A DNA stretch of 63,339 nucleotides, counting the filler, from Chiloscyllium plagiosum (taxonomy: Eukaryota), in NCBI RefSeq assembly GCF_004010195.1. It is 6 parts of one record of this genome, joined end to end, with 100 filler letters (N's around TTAATTAATTAA, not from the genome) between each part and the next. Parts side by side here need not be neighbours in the genome. Positions count along the whole stretch, not along the records: positions 1 to 26,190 come from NC_057714.1; 5 more parts are not named here. One strand, given 5' to 3'. The notes under the pieces are model-generated. The model was not told the DNA's origin and searched no databases. It was given only the letters and a program-made list of their open reading frames with translations. The translations under genes and the position numbers were made by a program. This document shows, piece by piece, positions 13,646 to 25,400 of the stretch (its first letter is position 1; every line of letters begins with the position of its first letter).

Positions 13646-14447
13646 AGTACCATTGCTGGACTGTTGTCAGGGCCCATGGCCTTTGCAGTATCCAGTGTCT
13701 CCAACCGTTCCTTGATATCACGTGGAGTGAATGGAATTGGCTGAAGACTGGGATCTGTGATGCTGGGGACCACTGGGGGAGGCCGAGATGGACCATCCCC
13801 TCAGCACTTCTGGCTGAAGGTTGCTGGGAAAGCCTCAGCCTTATCTTTTGCTCCGATGTGCTGGGCCCTTCCATCATCGAGGAGGGGGATATTTGTGGAG
13901 CCGCCTCCTGCAGGGAGTTGTTTAATTGTCCACCACCATTCACGACTGGATGTGCAGTGCTTACCCATTGGTTGTGGGATTGCTCACGGTTTTGAATTGC
14001 TTGATCTGCTTGGTGTCTCGTACTGCCCAATGTTAGCACCACACAACACAATGGAGGGTCTTCTCAACGGAGGTTCGCCTCCATGGGGATTATGCTCTAT
14101 CCACATTTACCCAAACCATCAGTAGTAGGTACATCTGTGCCAGGTAGATTGGTGTGGTGGGAGGTGAGAGGGTGAGACCAATAGGGCTAATTTTTTCACC
14201 ACATGTCTAGGTTTCCAGTCTAGCGGCCAATTCCTTCAGGGTTAAGCCAACTTTGTTGGTATTGGCATTCTGAGCCTCCCATAGTCCGTGCCCCTCAATA
14301 ACATGACTGGAGTGTGACCACTCCCAGCGTAATGATTATTTTACACACACCACCGAAGAAATTCAGATGTTTGTGGGGTTTTCCTTGCACTTTCTGTTCA
14401 AAATTTCGCTGCCACGAAGCGAACACAGACCATTCACAAAAAAAAAA

Positions 14448-15150
14448 CGAAAGAACGCCCGAGGCTGTAAATCGGAAACAAAAACAGAAGTTGCTGGAAA
14501 AGCTCAGCAGGTCTGGCAGCATCTGTGAAGAGAAATCAGAGTTAAGGTTTCAGGTCCAGTGCCCCTTCTTCAGAAGTGATGGTAGCTCGGAAAATGTCGG
14601 CTTACAGGGCCACCTCAATTATCCAAACGACACGGGCAGGGAGTATTTTAGATTAGATTCCCTACAGCGTGGAGACAGGCCCTTCGGCTCAACAAGTCCA
14701 CAGAGAGTAACCCACCCAGACCCACTTCCCTCTGACTAATGCACTTAACATTATGGGCAATTTAGCGTGGCCAATTCAACTGACCTGCACATCTTTGTGA
14801 CTGTGGGAGAAAACCCACGCAGACACAGGGAGAATGTGCAAACTCCACACAGACAGTCGCCCAAGGGTGGAATCAAACCACTGAGCCACCATGCTGCCTG
14901 GTTTGTGCGGATAATCTAATGTACAGATAACACGGTTTACCCAAGCATCAGGGACCTCGGGAATTTGTTCGGATAATCCGAAATTCAGATAACCGAGGTT
15001 GCACTGTATATGGTGTTTTATTATAAACCAACATTTTCCGAGCTACCATCGGTTCTGAGGAAGGGTAACTGAACCTGAAACGTTAACTCTGATTTCTCTC
15101 CGCAGATGCTGCCAGACGTGCTGAGCTTTTCCAGCAACTTATGTTTTTGT
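14448..15150. mobile_element. Palindromic PLE element split by a Tigger-like MITE (14605-15006), which itself contains a SINE (~14648-14898, -)
   Basis: Arms ~14476-14600 and ~15028-15150 are reverse complements. MITE TIRs CAGGGCCACCTCAATTATCC / CAGTGCAACCTCGGTTATCT have TA flanks. Hammerhead at 15051-15088. Confidence 0.8.
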
Positions 15151-15176
15151 CACGTTGAGGGTTTGACAAGCCCACT

Positions 15177-15490
15177 GATTAGATTAGATTCTGCACAGTG
15201 TGGAAACAGGCCCTTTGGCCCAACAAGTCCACACCGGCCCTCCGAGGAGCAACCCACCCAGACCCATTTCCCTCTGACTAATTTACCTAACACTACGGGC
15301 AATTTAACATGACTAATTCACCTCACCCGCACATCTTTGGACTGTGGGAAGAAACCGGAGCACCCAGAGGAGACCCACGCAGACAAGGGGAGAATGTGCA
15401 AACTCCACACAGTCACCCAAGGCTGGAATCGAACCCAGGTCCCTGGCATTGTGAGGCAGCAGTGCTAACCACTGAGCCACTGTGCCACCC
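15177..15490 (-). mobile_element. HE1/V-SINE-like SINE
   Basis: tRNA head with A/B boxes, core and (AATCT)n tail. Confidence 0.85.
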
Positions 15491-15809
15491 TGAATGAAAC
15501 CCTGAGCTAAAATGAGCACTTTTCCTGGATTTTGTGGCTTTGCTGCTAAGTTAATGTTTAATTATTGATCATTAACAATTGTTATGTAGATATTTCTAAA
15601 TCAGCCTCTTTAGAGATGTTATACCACATGTGTGGAGTAGGCAGGACTTGAACCCAGGCCGGAAAAAGTGAGGACTGCAGATGCTGGAGATCAGAGCTGA
15701 AAAATGTGTGGCTGGAAAAGCGCAGCAGGTCAGGCAGCATCTGCTGCGCTTGAAACCAGGCCTCCTGGCTCAGAGATGGTGACACTACCACTGTTCCCCA
15801 AGGTAGATA

Positions 15810-16272
15810 TGGATTAGAGTCCCTACAGTGTGGAAATAGGCTGCTCAGCCCAGCAAGCCCACACCAACCCTCCGAACAGTATCCCACCCAAACCCATTAT
15901 TTTCCCCTGACTAATGCGCCTAACCTACACATCCTTGAACACTGTGGGCAATTTGGCACGGCCAATTCACCCTAACCTACACATCCCTGAACACTGTGGG
16001 CAATTTAGCACGGCCAATTCACCCTAACCTACACATCCCTGAACACTGTGGGCAATTTAGCACGGCCAATTCACCCTAACCTACACATCCCTGAACACTG
16101 TGGCCAATTTAGCACAGCCAATTCACCCTGGCCTGCACATCTTTGGCTTGTGGGAGGAATCCCACACAGACACGGGGAGAATGTGCAAACTCCACACAGA
16201 CAGTCACCCGAGGCTGGAATCGAACCTGGCGCTGTGTGAGGCAGCTGTGCTAACCACTGCGCCACCGTGCCA
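15810..16272 (-). mobile_element. HE1-like SINE with an internal 4 x 52-bp tandem array (15919-16126)
   Basis: Unit CCTAACCTACACATCCCTGAACACTGTGGGCAATTTAGCACGGCCAATTCAC starts at 15919, 15971, 16023 and 16075. Confidence 0.85.
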
Positions 16273-16519
16273 TCCGCAGCAACTTTAATCAATCTGCTCA
16301 GGCATGTTATGACACATTCTGCAGCATTTGGGACTTGACCCCGTACCTCCTGGCCTTTGAGGCAGGGACACTATCACTATATTCTTGGCTAATATGCCAT
16401 GCTTAATAAATTTGCTAAATATCCACAGTAAATACCAAGAATCCTTTTATGTTGAGGAGGGAACTTGAAGCTTACAAATAAGAACATTCTAATTGTACAG
16501 TCAATCCGCACTGTACCCA

Positions 16520-17945
16520 CAGAGTCACAGAGTTACACGGCACAGAAAAACAGACCCTTTGGCCCAACTTATCGATACTGACCAGATATTCTAAATTAAT
16601 CTAGTCCCATTTGCCAGAATTTTGCCCATTTCCCTCTAAACTCTTCCTATTCATATACCCATCCAGATGCCTTTTAAATGTTGCAATTGTACCAGCCTCC
16701 ACCACTTCCTCTGGCAGCTCATTCCATACATGTACCACCCTCTGTGTGAAAAAGGTTCCCCTTAGGTGTCTTTTATATCTTTCCCCTCTCACCTTAAACC
16801 TATACCCTCTAGGTTTGGACTTCCCCACCCTGTCTATTGTCTATTTAACCTATCCATGCCCCTCATGATTTTATAAACCTCTATAAGGTCACCCCCCAAC
16901 CTCCGACGCTCCAGGGAAAACAGCCCCAGCCTGTTCAGCCTCTCCCTATAGCTCAAATCCTCCAACCCTGGCAACATCCCCATGAATCTTTTCTGAACCC
17001 TTTCAAGTTTAACAATATCCTCCCTATATCAGGGAGACAAGAATTACACACAGTATTCTAAAACTGGCCTAACCAATCTCCTGAACAGCTGCAACATGAC
17101 CTCCCAACTCCTGTACTCAATACTCTGACCAATAAAGGAAAGCATACCAAATACCTTCTTCACTATCCTATCTACCTGCGACTCCACTTTCAAACGAGCT
17201 ATGAACCTGCACTCTAAGGTCTCTTTGTTCTGCAACACTCCCCAGGTCTTTGCTATTAAGTAGCACGGTAGCTCAGTGGTTAGCATTGCTGGCTCACAGC
17301 GCCCAAGAGCTGGGTTCGATCCCACCCTCAGGAGACTGTCTGTGTGGAGTTTACCCATTCTCCCCGTGTCTGTGTGGGTTTCCTCCCACTGTCCAAAGAT
17401 ATGCTGGTCAGGTGGATTGGCCATGCTAAATTGCCCATAGTCCAGATTAGAGTGGTGCTGGGAAAGTACAGCAGGTCAGGCAGCATCTACGGAGCAGGCG
17501 AATCGACATTTCGGGTGAGCGCCATTCATCAGGAATTATTTTGGAATTATTGACATTTTGGGCTAAAGGCCTTCATCAGGAATTATTCCTGATGAAGGCC
17601 TTTAGCCCAAAATGTCAATTTTCCTGCTCCTTGGATGCTGCCTGACTTGCTGTGCTTTTCCAGCACCACTCTAATCTTGACTCCAAACTCCAGCATCTGC
17701 AGTTCTCACTTTCACCTAAATTGCCCATAGTGTTCAGGGATGTGTAGGTAAGGTGCATGAGTCGGGGTAAATGTAGAGTAATGGGGAATGGGCTTGGCTG
17801 GGATTCTCTTCGGAGGGTCAGTGTGGACTTGTTGGGCCGAATGGCCTGTTTCCACACTGTAGGGAATCTATAGTTAAGTGCTTAGGTCCTGCCCTGATTT
17901 GCCTTTCCCAAATGCAACACATTACATTTATTTAAATTAAACTCC
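16520..17945 (-). mobile_element. CR1-like LINE interrupted by a SINE (~17263-17870, +), which contains a PLE mini-element (17442-17715)
   Basis: CR1 ORF2 C-terminal peptides. 16-bp TSD CTAAATTGCCCATAGT at 17426-17441 and 17716-17731. Confidence 0.85.
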
Positions 17946-19063
17946 ATCAGCCATTCCTTGGCCCACTGACCTTCGTATTGCTTTCATTCCCACTCTGTAA
18001 GGAAATGCCACAACCTGCACATTGCACTGTCACCATTTCTGATCCTCTTATCTCCTTTTGCAAATTTATAATTCTTTCTTTATCCTTGCACTGAGAAAGC
18101 TCAACACCACCCAGGACAAAGCAGCCCACTTGATTGGCACCACCTCCCTCCCCCACCGATGCTCAGTAGCAGCAGTGTGTACGATCTACAAGGCGCACTG
18201 CAGAAATTCACCAAAGATCCTCAGACAGCGCCTTTCCAACCCACGATCGTCAAAAGCATCGGAACGGAGGATGGAAAATGAGACAGCTCTTCGTTGTAAC
18301 AAGTCTTACCACCCAGGGATTTTACCTTTTTTGTTAGGTTCACAATACTGGCACATTCAAAAAAGATTAAACAAAATGGGAACAAATTGGCAGCGGATAA
18401 AGGGAAAGACACAGGTGGGATGTTAGTAAGAGTTTAGGAAAATAATCACATAGAAACACACAAAGGTGTCCAGGAAAACTGAATGAGAAAATAAAGAAGA
18501 AAAAAACAACAGTCAACATTGGAATAGAAGTACTATTTCAGGTCCAGCTTCACATCTCAGGAAAAGCAGAAACACTCTGAAGACCTGTTAACATATGGAA
18601 GAGGGATCTCGCTATTGCTGATGTGTTCAGAGTAACCTCCCAGTCAGATCTCCGCCGGGATGTGGTGCAGCTCCATGAAAGGAGGGGCAATGTATCTGTT
18701 TATTAGTTGATTCTCTCACTCTGCCAATTCCCTGAGCTACGTCAACCTCCCAAGAATCCCACTCTCAGAACCAGCCCCCTCTCATATCCCAACTTGATTA
18801 AACGTCCAATCTCACGCCTTTTCCAACCACTCGGAAACGAGTGTAACTAGACAGAACTATGAAGGAGGTACTGCATGGACCAAAGGCCATTCAGCCCCAA
18901 AAGGCTCTCACTTCCCCCACTGCAAAACAAAGTCGCTACGGTGACATTTCACCCCTGGCTTCCCCATTGCCCTTCCTATATTGCCCTCCACTTACTGCCT
19001 CTCCCTCCAGTTACCCTGGGGAGTGGGGGGAAGGAAAGGGGTGGTGCTGATGATGTCTCTCCT

Positions 19064-19190
19064 TCACCCTAAGCCTTGAGGTGAATTCCAGCCGCACGGA
19101 ATTCCGGAGGGAAGGGCTTCCTCCAGTCTTCAACACTCAACCTGTTCCCTTTTAGCCCCTTGCATGCTGATGGAGGAATATTCATTTATA
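19064..19190 (-). other. Conserved duplicated element, copy 1: TATAAA + ~94-nt structured non-coding exon/RNA, or 38-aa sORF
   Basis: The 103-bp core 19064-19166 matches 25956-26058 with 6 mismatches and no gaps. Minus-strand TATAAATG at 19190-19183; conservation ends at GG|GTGA. Function unknown. Confidence 0.6.
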
Positions 19191-19456
19191 TGTTTGCGTG
19201 TATCTGTGCGTCTATGGGTGGTGCCACACCCCGCCACCAGGAACCTGTAAATTCAGTGGGGGGTGTGTGTGGCGCTGTCTGAAGGAGACCAGCAGCAAAG
19301 GACCACAGAGAGATTTGTCAGAGCTCTAGAAGAGGGATTCTGAAAGGAAACACACCAGGGACACGAAAATCAATGAGAAATTTCCCAGAAATGTAAAGGA
19401 GTGGTCAGGAGCAAAGTTACCTTACTAAAGACTGAAACTGAGGACAAAGCTTGAGA

Positions 19457-19732
19457 GTGGCACAGTGGTTAGCACTGCTACCTCCCAGCACCAGCGTCCC
19501 AGGTTCGATTCCAGCCTCGGGTGACTGTCTGTGTGGGGTTTGCACGTTCTCCCTGTGTCTGTGTGGGTTTTCTCCCACAGCCCAAAGATATGCAAGCCAG
19601 GTGAATTGGCCATGCTAAATTGCCTCATAGTGTTAGGTCAATTAGTCAGAGAGGGGTGGGTTACTCTTTAGAGGATTGGTGTGGACTTGTTGGGCCAAAT
19701 GGTCTGTTTCCACACTGTGGGGAATCTAATTT
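19457..19732 (+). mobile_element. HE1/V-SINE-like SINE
   Basis: tRNA head, core and AATCTAAT tail. Confidence 0.85.
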
Positions 19733-19741
19733 TTTTTTTAG

Positions 19742-20944
19742 TTCTTTGAGGATGTTACTAGACAAGTTGATGAGGGTTGAGCGGTGGATGTGGTGTATAT
19801 GGACCTCAGCAAGGCATTTGATAAGGTTCCCCATGGTAGGCTCGTTCAGAAGGTCAGGAGGAATGGGATACAGGTAAGGTTAGCTGTCTGGATACAGAAT
19901 TGGCTGGTCGACAGAAGACAGCAAGTGGTAGTGGAAGGAAAGTGGTAGTCAGTGGTGAGTGGTGTTCCACAGGGCTCTGTTCTTGGGCCTCTACTCTGTG
20001 TAATTTTTATTAATGACTTGGATGAGGAGATTGAAGGATGGGTTAGCAAGTTTTCAGATGACACAAAGGTTGGAGGTGTCGTTGACAGTATAGAGGATTG
20101 TTGTAGGCTGCAGTGTGACATTGACAGGATGCAGAGATGGGCTGAGAAATGGCAGATGGAGTTCAACCTGGATAAATGCGAAGTGATGCATTTTGGAAGG
20201 TTGAACTTGAAAGTTGAGTACAGGATTAAAGACAGGATTCTTGGCAGTGTGGAGGAACAGCGGGATCTTGGTGTGCAGGTACATAGATCCCTTAAAATTG
20301 CCACCCAAGTGGACAGGGTTGTTAAGAAAGCATGTGGTGTTTTGGCTTTCATGAACAGGGGGATTGAGTTTAAGAGTCGTGAGATCTTGTTGAAGCTCTA
20401 TAAAACTTTGGTTATACCACACTTGGAATACTGTGTCCAGTTCTAGTCGCCCTATTATAGGAAAGATGTGGATGCTTTGTATAGGGTTCAGAGGAGGTTT
20501 ACCAGGATGCTGCCTGGAATGGAGGGCTTATCTAATGAAGAGAGGTTGACTGAGCTCGGACTTTTTTCATTGGAGAAAAGGAAGAGAGGGGACCTAATTG
20601 AGGTGTACAAGATAATGAGAGGCATAGATAGAGTTGATAGCCAGAGACTTTTCCCCAGGGCAGAAATTGTTTACATGGGGGGTCATAGTTTTAAGCTGTT
20701 TGGTGGAAAGTATAGAGGGGATGTCAGAGGCAGGTTCTTTACACAGAGTTGTGAGAGCATGGAATGCGTTGCCAGCAGCAGTTGTGGAAGCAAGGTCATT
20801 GGGGACATTTAAGAGACTACTGGGCATGCATATGGTCACAGAAACTTGAGGGTGCATACATGAGGATCAGTGGTCGGCACAACATCGTGGGCTGAAGGGC
20901 TTGTTCTGTGCTGTACTGTTCTATGTTCTATGTTCTATGTTCTA
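19742..20944 (+). mobile_element. 5'-truncated CR1 LINE with RT domain and (TTCTATG)n tail
   Basis: SGVPQGSVLGPLLCVIFINDLDEEIEGWVSKFSDDTKVGG...PHLEYCVQF, with in-frame stops. Confidence 0.95.
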
Positions 20945-22656
20945 AAAACACAGGCTACTGGAAAAGCTCAGCAGGTGCGGCAACATCTGTGGAGAGAAAT
21001 CAGAGTTAGCGGTTCTGGTCCTCAGAACCCTGAGCTAAATGTTTGCTGAGCTTTTCCAGCAACTTCTGTTTTTGTTTCTGATTTACAGCAGCCGCAGGTC
21101 TCTCGGATTTTATTGAAGTTGGAGATACAGCAGGTTAGGGTGGCACGATGGCTCAGTGGTTAGCATGGCTGCCTCACAGCACCAGGGACCTTGGGCGACT
21201 GTCTGTGTGGGTTTCTCCCTGTGTCTGCGTGGGTTTCCTCACGTAGTCCAAAGATGTGCAGTTTAGGTGGATTGCCCATGCTAAATGCAAGGTTACTGGT
21301 TGGATCTGGGTAGGATGCTCTTCAGAGGGTCAGTGTGGGCTGAATGGCCTCATTTCACACTGCAGGGATTCTATGAAGATGTACATCCTCCCTCGTTGCA
21401 AACTCCCTGACCTTTCCAAACCTCAAAAAAAAAATCATGGATAACTCGAGATAAGGGACAGCATAAAACTAAAAGAAAGGGAAAAATATAAAGATCAGCA
21501 AAAAACTTAGAGATCAGCAAAAGGCCACAAAGCAGATTTGAAGAGCTGCTAAAAGGGATCACAAAGGGAATCTTGCCAGGGACATCAAAATTAGTAAGAG
21601 GGAATTTCATAGAAAGGGAAAGCATGTGGTCAGGAGTAATGCTCACCTACGAAAGACTGGCAGTGGGGATATTCTCAATGACTGTGGGAAGATGGCCTCA
21701 GTATTGACAGTAGAAATGGAGGATAGGTTTCTCGAAGGCCTAGGAAATTAATAATGGATCGGGATCGGGGGAGAATAAAATTAATGTTAAGGTGACAGCT
21801 CAGTGGTTAGCACTGCTGTCTCACAGCACCAGGGACCCATGTTCGATTCCTCCCTCAAGTGACTGTCTGCGTGGGTTTCCTCCGGGTGCCCCGGTTTCCT
21901 CCCACAGTCCAAAGATGTGCACGTCTGGGTGGATTGGCCATGCTAAATTGCTCAGAGTTTTCAGGGATGTGTAGGTTATATGGATTAGCCGTGGGAGGGC
22001 ACAAGGTCCCAGGGATAGGGTGGGATGCTCTTCAGAGGATCAGGGTGGACTTGATGGGCTGAATGGCCTGCTTCCACACTGTCAAGACTGCAAATGAAGC
22101 ATTGGAATTGAGGAAGTTAATGTAATTGAAGAGTGACAAATCCCCAGGACTTGATGGTTTCCATCTGAGGGAGTTAAAAGAGGTAGGTGAGTCCGAACTA
22201 TAATCTTTTAGAGTTCCCGAGATACTCTCTGATTTGGAAAACTGCACAAGTCAGTCTGTTTGTTAAGAAGGACAAAAGAGGTAAACCAGAGAATTACAGA
22301 CTAGCTCGCCTCACATTGGTGGTGGGGAAATTGTTGGAATCTGTAATCGGGGGGGGGGGGGGTAACTGAATGTCTTGAAAATTTTCAGTTAATCAGAGGG
22401 AGCCAGTATGGTTTCATGACATGTAGGTCATACCTGACAAACCTCTGAATGTTTTGAAATGTCTATGATAGTGGACAGGGGAATGTCTGTGGATGTTGAT
22501 TGTATGGACCTCCATAGGTATTTGATGAAGTCCCAGATAAGATACTGTTAATGAAGGTAGAATTCCACTGGATTGAGGGCAAATTGCTGACATGGGTGGG
22601 AAATTGGTTCAGTTGTCGGAGACAGGAAGTAGGGATAATGGGTAGGTACTCAGGTT

Positions 22657-22783
22657 CCTGAAGAAAGGCTTATGCCAGAAACGTCGATTCTCCTGCTCCT
22701 TGGATGCTGCCTGACCTGCTGCGCTTTTCCAGCAACACATTTTTCAGCTCTGATCTCCAGCATCTGCAGTCCTCACTTTCCCC
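22657..22783 (+). mobile_element. 127-bp non-coding PLE mini-element starting at the hammerhead core
   Basis: 14-bp TSD TAGGTACTCAGGTT at 22643-22656 and 22784-22797. Begins C-CTGAAGA-AAGGCTTATGCCA-GAAAC-GTC. Confidence 0.9.
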
Positions 22784-23207
22784 TAGGTACTCAGGTTAGC
22801 AGGATGTGACCCCGTGGTGTTCCACAAGGAACTATTAACGACTTGGACTGTGACACAGAAAGTCACATCACCAAACGTGCTGACGACACAGCGTTAACGA
22901 TCATTGTAGACTGTGTAGATTATTGCATAAAATCACAAGGGATATTGATGGACTGAATGGGTAAAACTGTGGAAGGTGGAGTTCAATGCAACCAAGTGTG
23001 AGATTCTCCATTTTGGACCAGAAAAGGCTAGATCAGGGTACTTTCCATTTGAATGATGTTAAATACAGTAGATATCCAAAGAGACTTGGAGGCTGAGGTG
23101 CCCAATTCTTTAAGATGCCACAAACAGGTGCAGAAAATAATCAAGAAAGCTGATGGAATGTGGGTCTTTATATCGAGAGGACTGGAATACAAGGATGCAG
23201 AAGTTAT

Positions 23208-24237
23208 CATTATTGACTTTGGGCGGGATGTTACTCATGCCCCCCCTACACATTAACAGCACAGAGGTGGAATGAGTGGAGAATGTCAAGCTCCTGGGAG
23301 GGGTCACCCACAACAAGCTTTCTTGGATTCTTCATGTGGACGCACTGGTTACAAAGGCCCAACAACGTCTCTTCTTCCTCAGGCAGCTGAGGAAATTTGG
23401 CACGACGGTGAATACCCTTGCCAACTTTTATAGTTGCACCATCGAGAGCATTCTGTCTGGATGTATCACCACCTGGTACGGCAACTGTACCATTCAAGAT
23501 TGGAGACTGTTACAGAGAGTGGTGAACTCGGCCCGGACAATCACAAAGACCAACCTCCCATCTATAGAATCCATCTACCAGGCCCACTATCAAGGAAAGG
23601 CTGCCAGCATCCTCAAAGATCCATCCCACCCTGGCAATGTTTTTCTACAACCTCTACCATCAGGGAGAAGGCACAGAAGCCTGAACACACGCACCAGCCG
23701 GTTTCATAACAGTTTCTACCCTACTGCTGTTAGAATANNTTCGCAACCTTTACAGGTGGGCCATTGAGAGCATTCTGTCTGGATGTATCATTACCTGGTA
23801 AGGCTATGGTAACATTCAAGATCGGAGGCGGTTACAGAGAGTGGTGAACTCAGCCCAGACAATCACAAAGGCCAACCTCCCATCCATAGAATCCATCTAC
23901 CAGGCCCGCTGTCAAGGAAAGGCTGCCAGCATCCTCAAAGATCCATCCCACCCTGGCAATGTTTTTCTACAACCTCTACCATCAGGGAGAAGGCACAGAA
24001 GCCTGAACACACGCACCAGCCGGTTTCATAACAGTTTCTACCCTACTGCTGTTAGAATATTGAATGGACTCACAAACGCTTAACATTCACCTGTACCTGT
24101 GTTTTTGTCTTTGCCGCTGTTTACCTATTATTTACTATCTATGCGACTTAACTCTGTGATCTGCCTGTATTGCTCGCAAGACAAAGCTTTTCACTGTGCC
24201 TCGGTACACGGGACAATAAATTCAATTCAATTCAATT
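23208..24237 (+). mobile_element. Rex1/Babar-like LINE 3' fragment with (ATTCA)n tail (another copy at 47308-47673)
   Basis: KAQQRLFFLRQLRKFG...YSCTIESILSGCITTWYGN...DPSHPG..FLQPLPSGRR. Confidence 0.85.
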
Positions 24238-24896
24238 ATACATAAGTCAAAAAATGCAGTGCTGGAAAAGCACAGCAGGTCAGGTAGCATCCGAGGAGCA
24301 GGAGAATTGACATTTTGGGCATAAGCCCTTCATTGTAAGTAATTCCTGATGAAGGCCTTATGCCTGAAACGTCGACTCCCCTGCTCCACGGATGCTGCCT
24401 GACCTGCTGTGCTTTTCCAGCACCACACTTTTCATCTCTGACTCCTCAGCATCTGCAGTCCACATTTTCTCCTACCTGCAGTTATATAAAACCCAGGTTA
24501 GGCCTCACTTGGATTACTGTGAGCAGATCTGAGCACCACACCTCAGGAAGGGTATATTGGCCTTGGAGGGAATACAACGTAGGATTGCAAGAATGGTACC
24601 TGGACTTCGGGGTTATGAGGAGGGATTACACAAATTTCTTTCTAGATTTTAGAAGGGTAAGGGGTGATCTGATTGAAGTCTTCAAGATATTAACAGGGAA
24701 AGACAGGGTAGATAAAAATAAATTATTTCCACTGGTTGGGGATTCTAGAACATGGAGGAATAGTCTGAGAATTAGGTCCAGAGCGATAAGGAGAGATGGT
24801 AGGAAGCACTTTGACACACAAAGGTGGGAGAGGTGTAGATCTCTACCTTCCACAAACTGCAGTGGATGCCGGAGCAGTTGTTCAGTTCAAATTAAT

Positions 24897-25400
24897 GGTG
24901 TCACGGTGGCTCAGTGGTTAGCACCACTGCCTCACAGCGCCAGGGACCCGGGTTCGATTCCAGCCTTGGGCGACTATCTGTGTGGAGTTTGCACATTCTC
25001 CCCGTGTCTGCGTGGGCTTCCTCTGGGTGCACCGGTTTCCTCCCACAGTCCAAAGATGTGCAGGTTAGGGGGGGATTGACCATGTTGAATTGCCCATTGT
25101 GTCCAGGAATGTGCATGCTGGCCATGGGAAATAGAGGGGTGGGTCTGAGTGGGATGGTGGTTGGAAGGTTGGAATGGGCCAAGTTGAAACTTTATTGCTG
25201 GAACAGCACAGCAGGTCAGGCAGCATCTAGGGAACAGGAGATTCGGTCGAATCTCCTGTTCCCTAGATGCTGCCTGACCTGCTGTGCTGTTCCAGCAATA
25301 AAGTTTCAACTTTGATCTCCAGCATCTGCAGACCTCACTTTCTCCTGGAATGGGCCAAGTGCCTTGCTTCCACTCTGTGGGATTCCACAAGGGATTCTAT
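24897..25400 (+). mobile_element. HE1-like SINE containing a palindromic PLE mini-element (25185-25345)
   Basis: 15-bp TSD TGGAATGGGCCAAGT at 25170-25184 and 25346-25360. Confidence 0.85.

Larger units (their letters stand above)
21440..24890 (+). mobile_element. Old CR1 LINE fragmented by a SINE (~21791-22082), PLE mini-elements (22657-22783, ~24245-24475) and a Rex1-like LINE
   Basis: DKSPGLDG, KPENYRLARLTLVVGKLLES and later LDFRRVRGDLIEVFKIL. Confidence 0.75.

Noticed and set aside
13138..13995. 285-aa ORF
   Set aside because: Antisense read-through of two adjoining LINE fragments.
19048..19170. Box C (TGATGA) / box D (CTGA) snoRNA reading of twin-element copy 1
   Set aside because: No terminal stem, and both boxes are absent from copy 2.
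23430..24058. ~300-bp tandem duplication inside the Rex1-like LINE
   Set aside because: The copies are separated by 'nn' at 23738-23739 and are partly identical, so this is probably a gap-closing or haplotype artefact.
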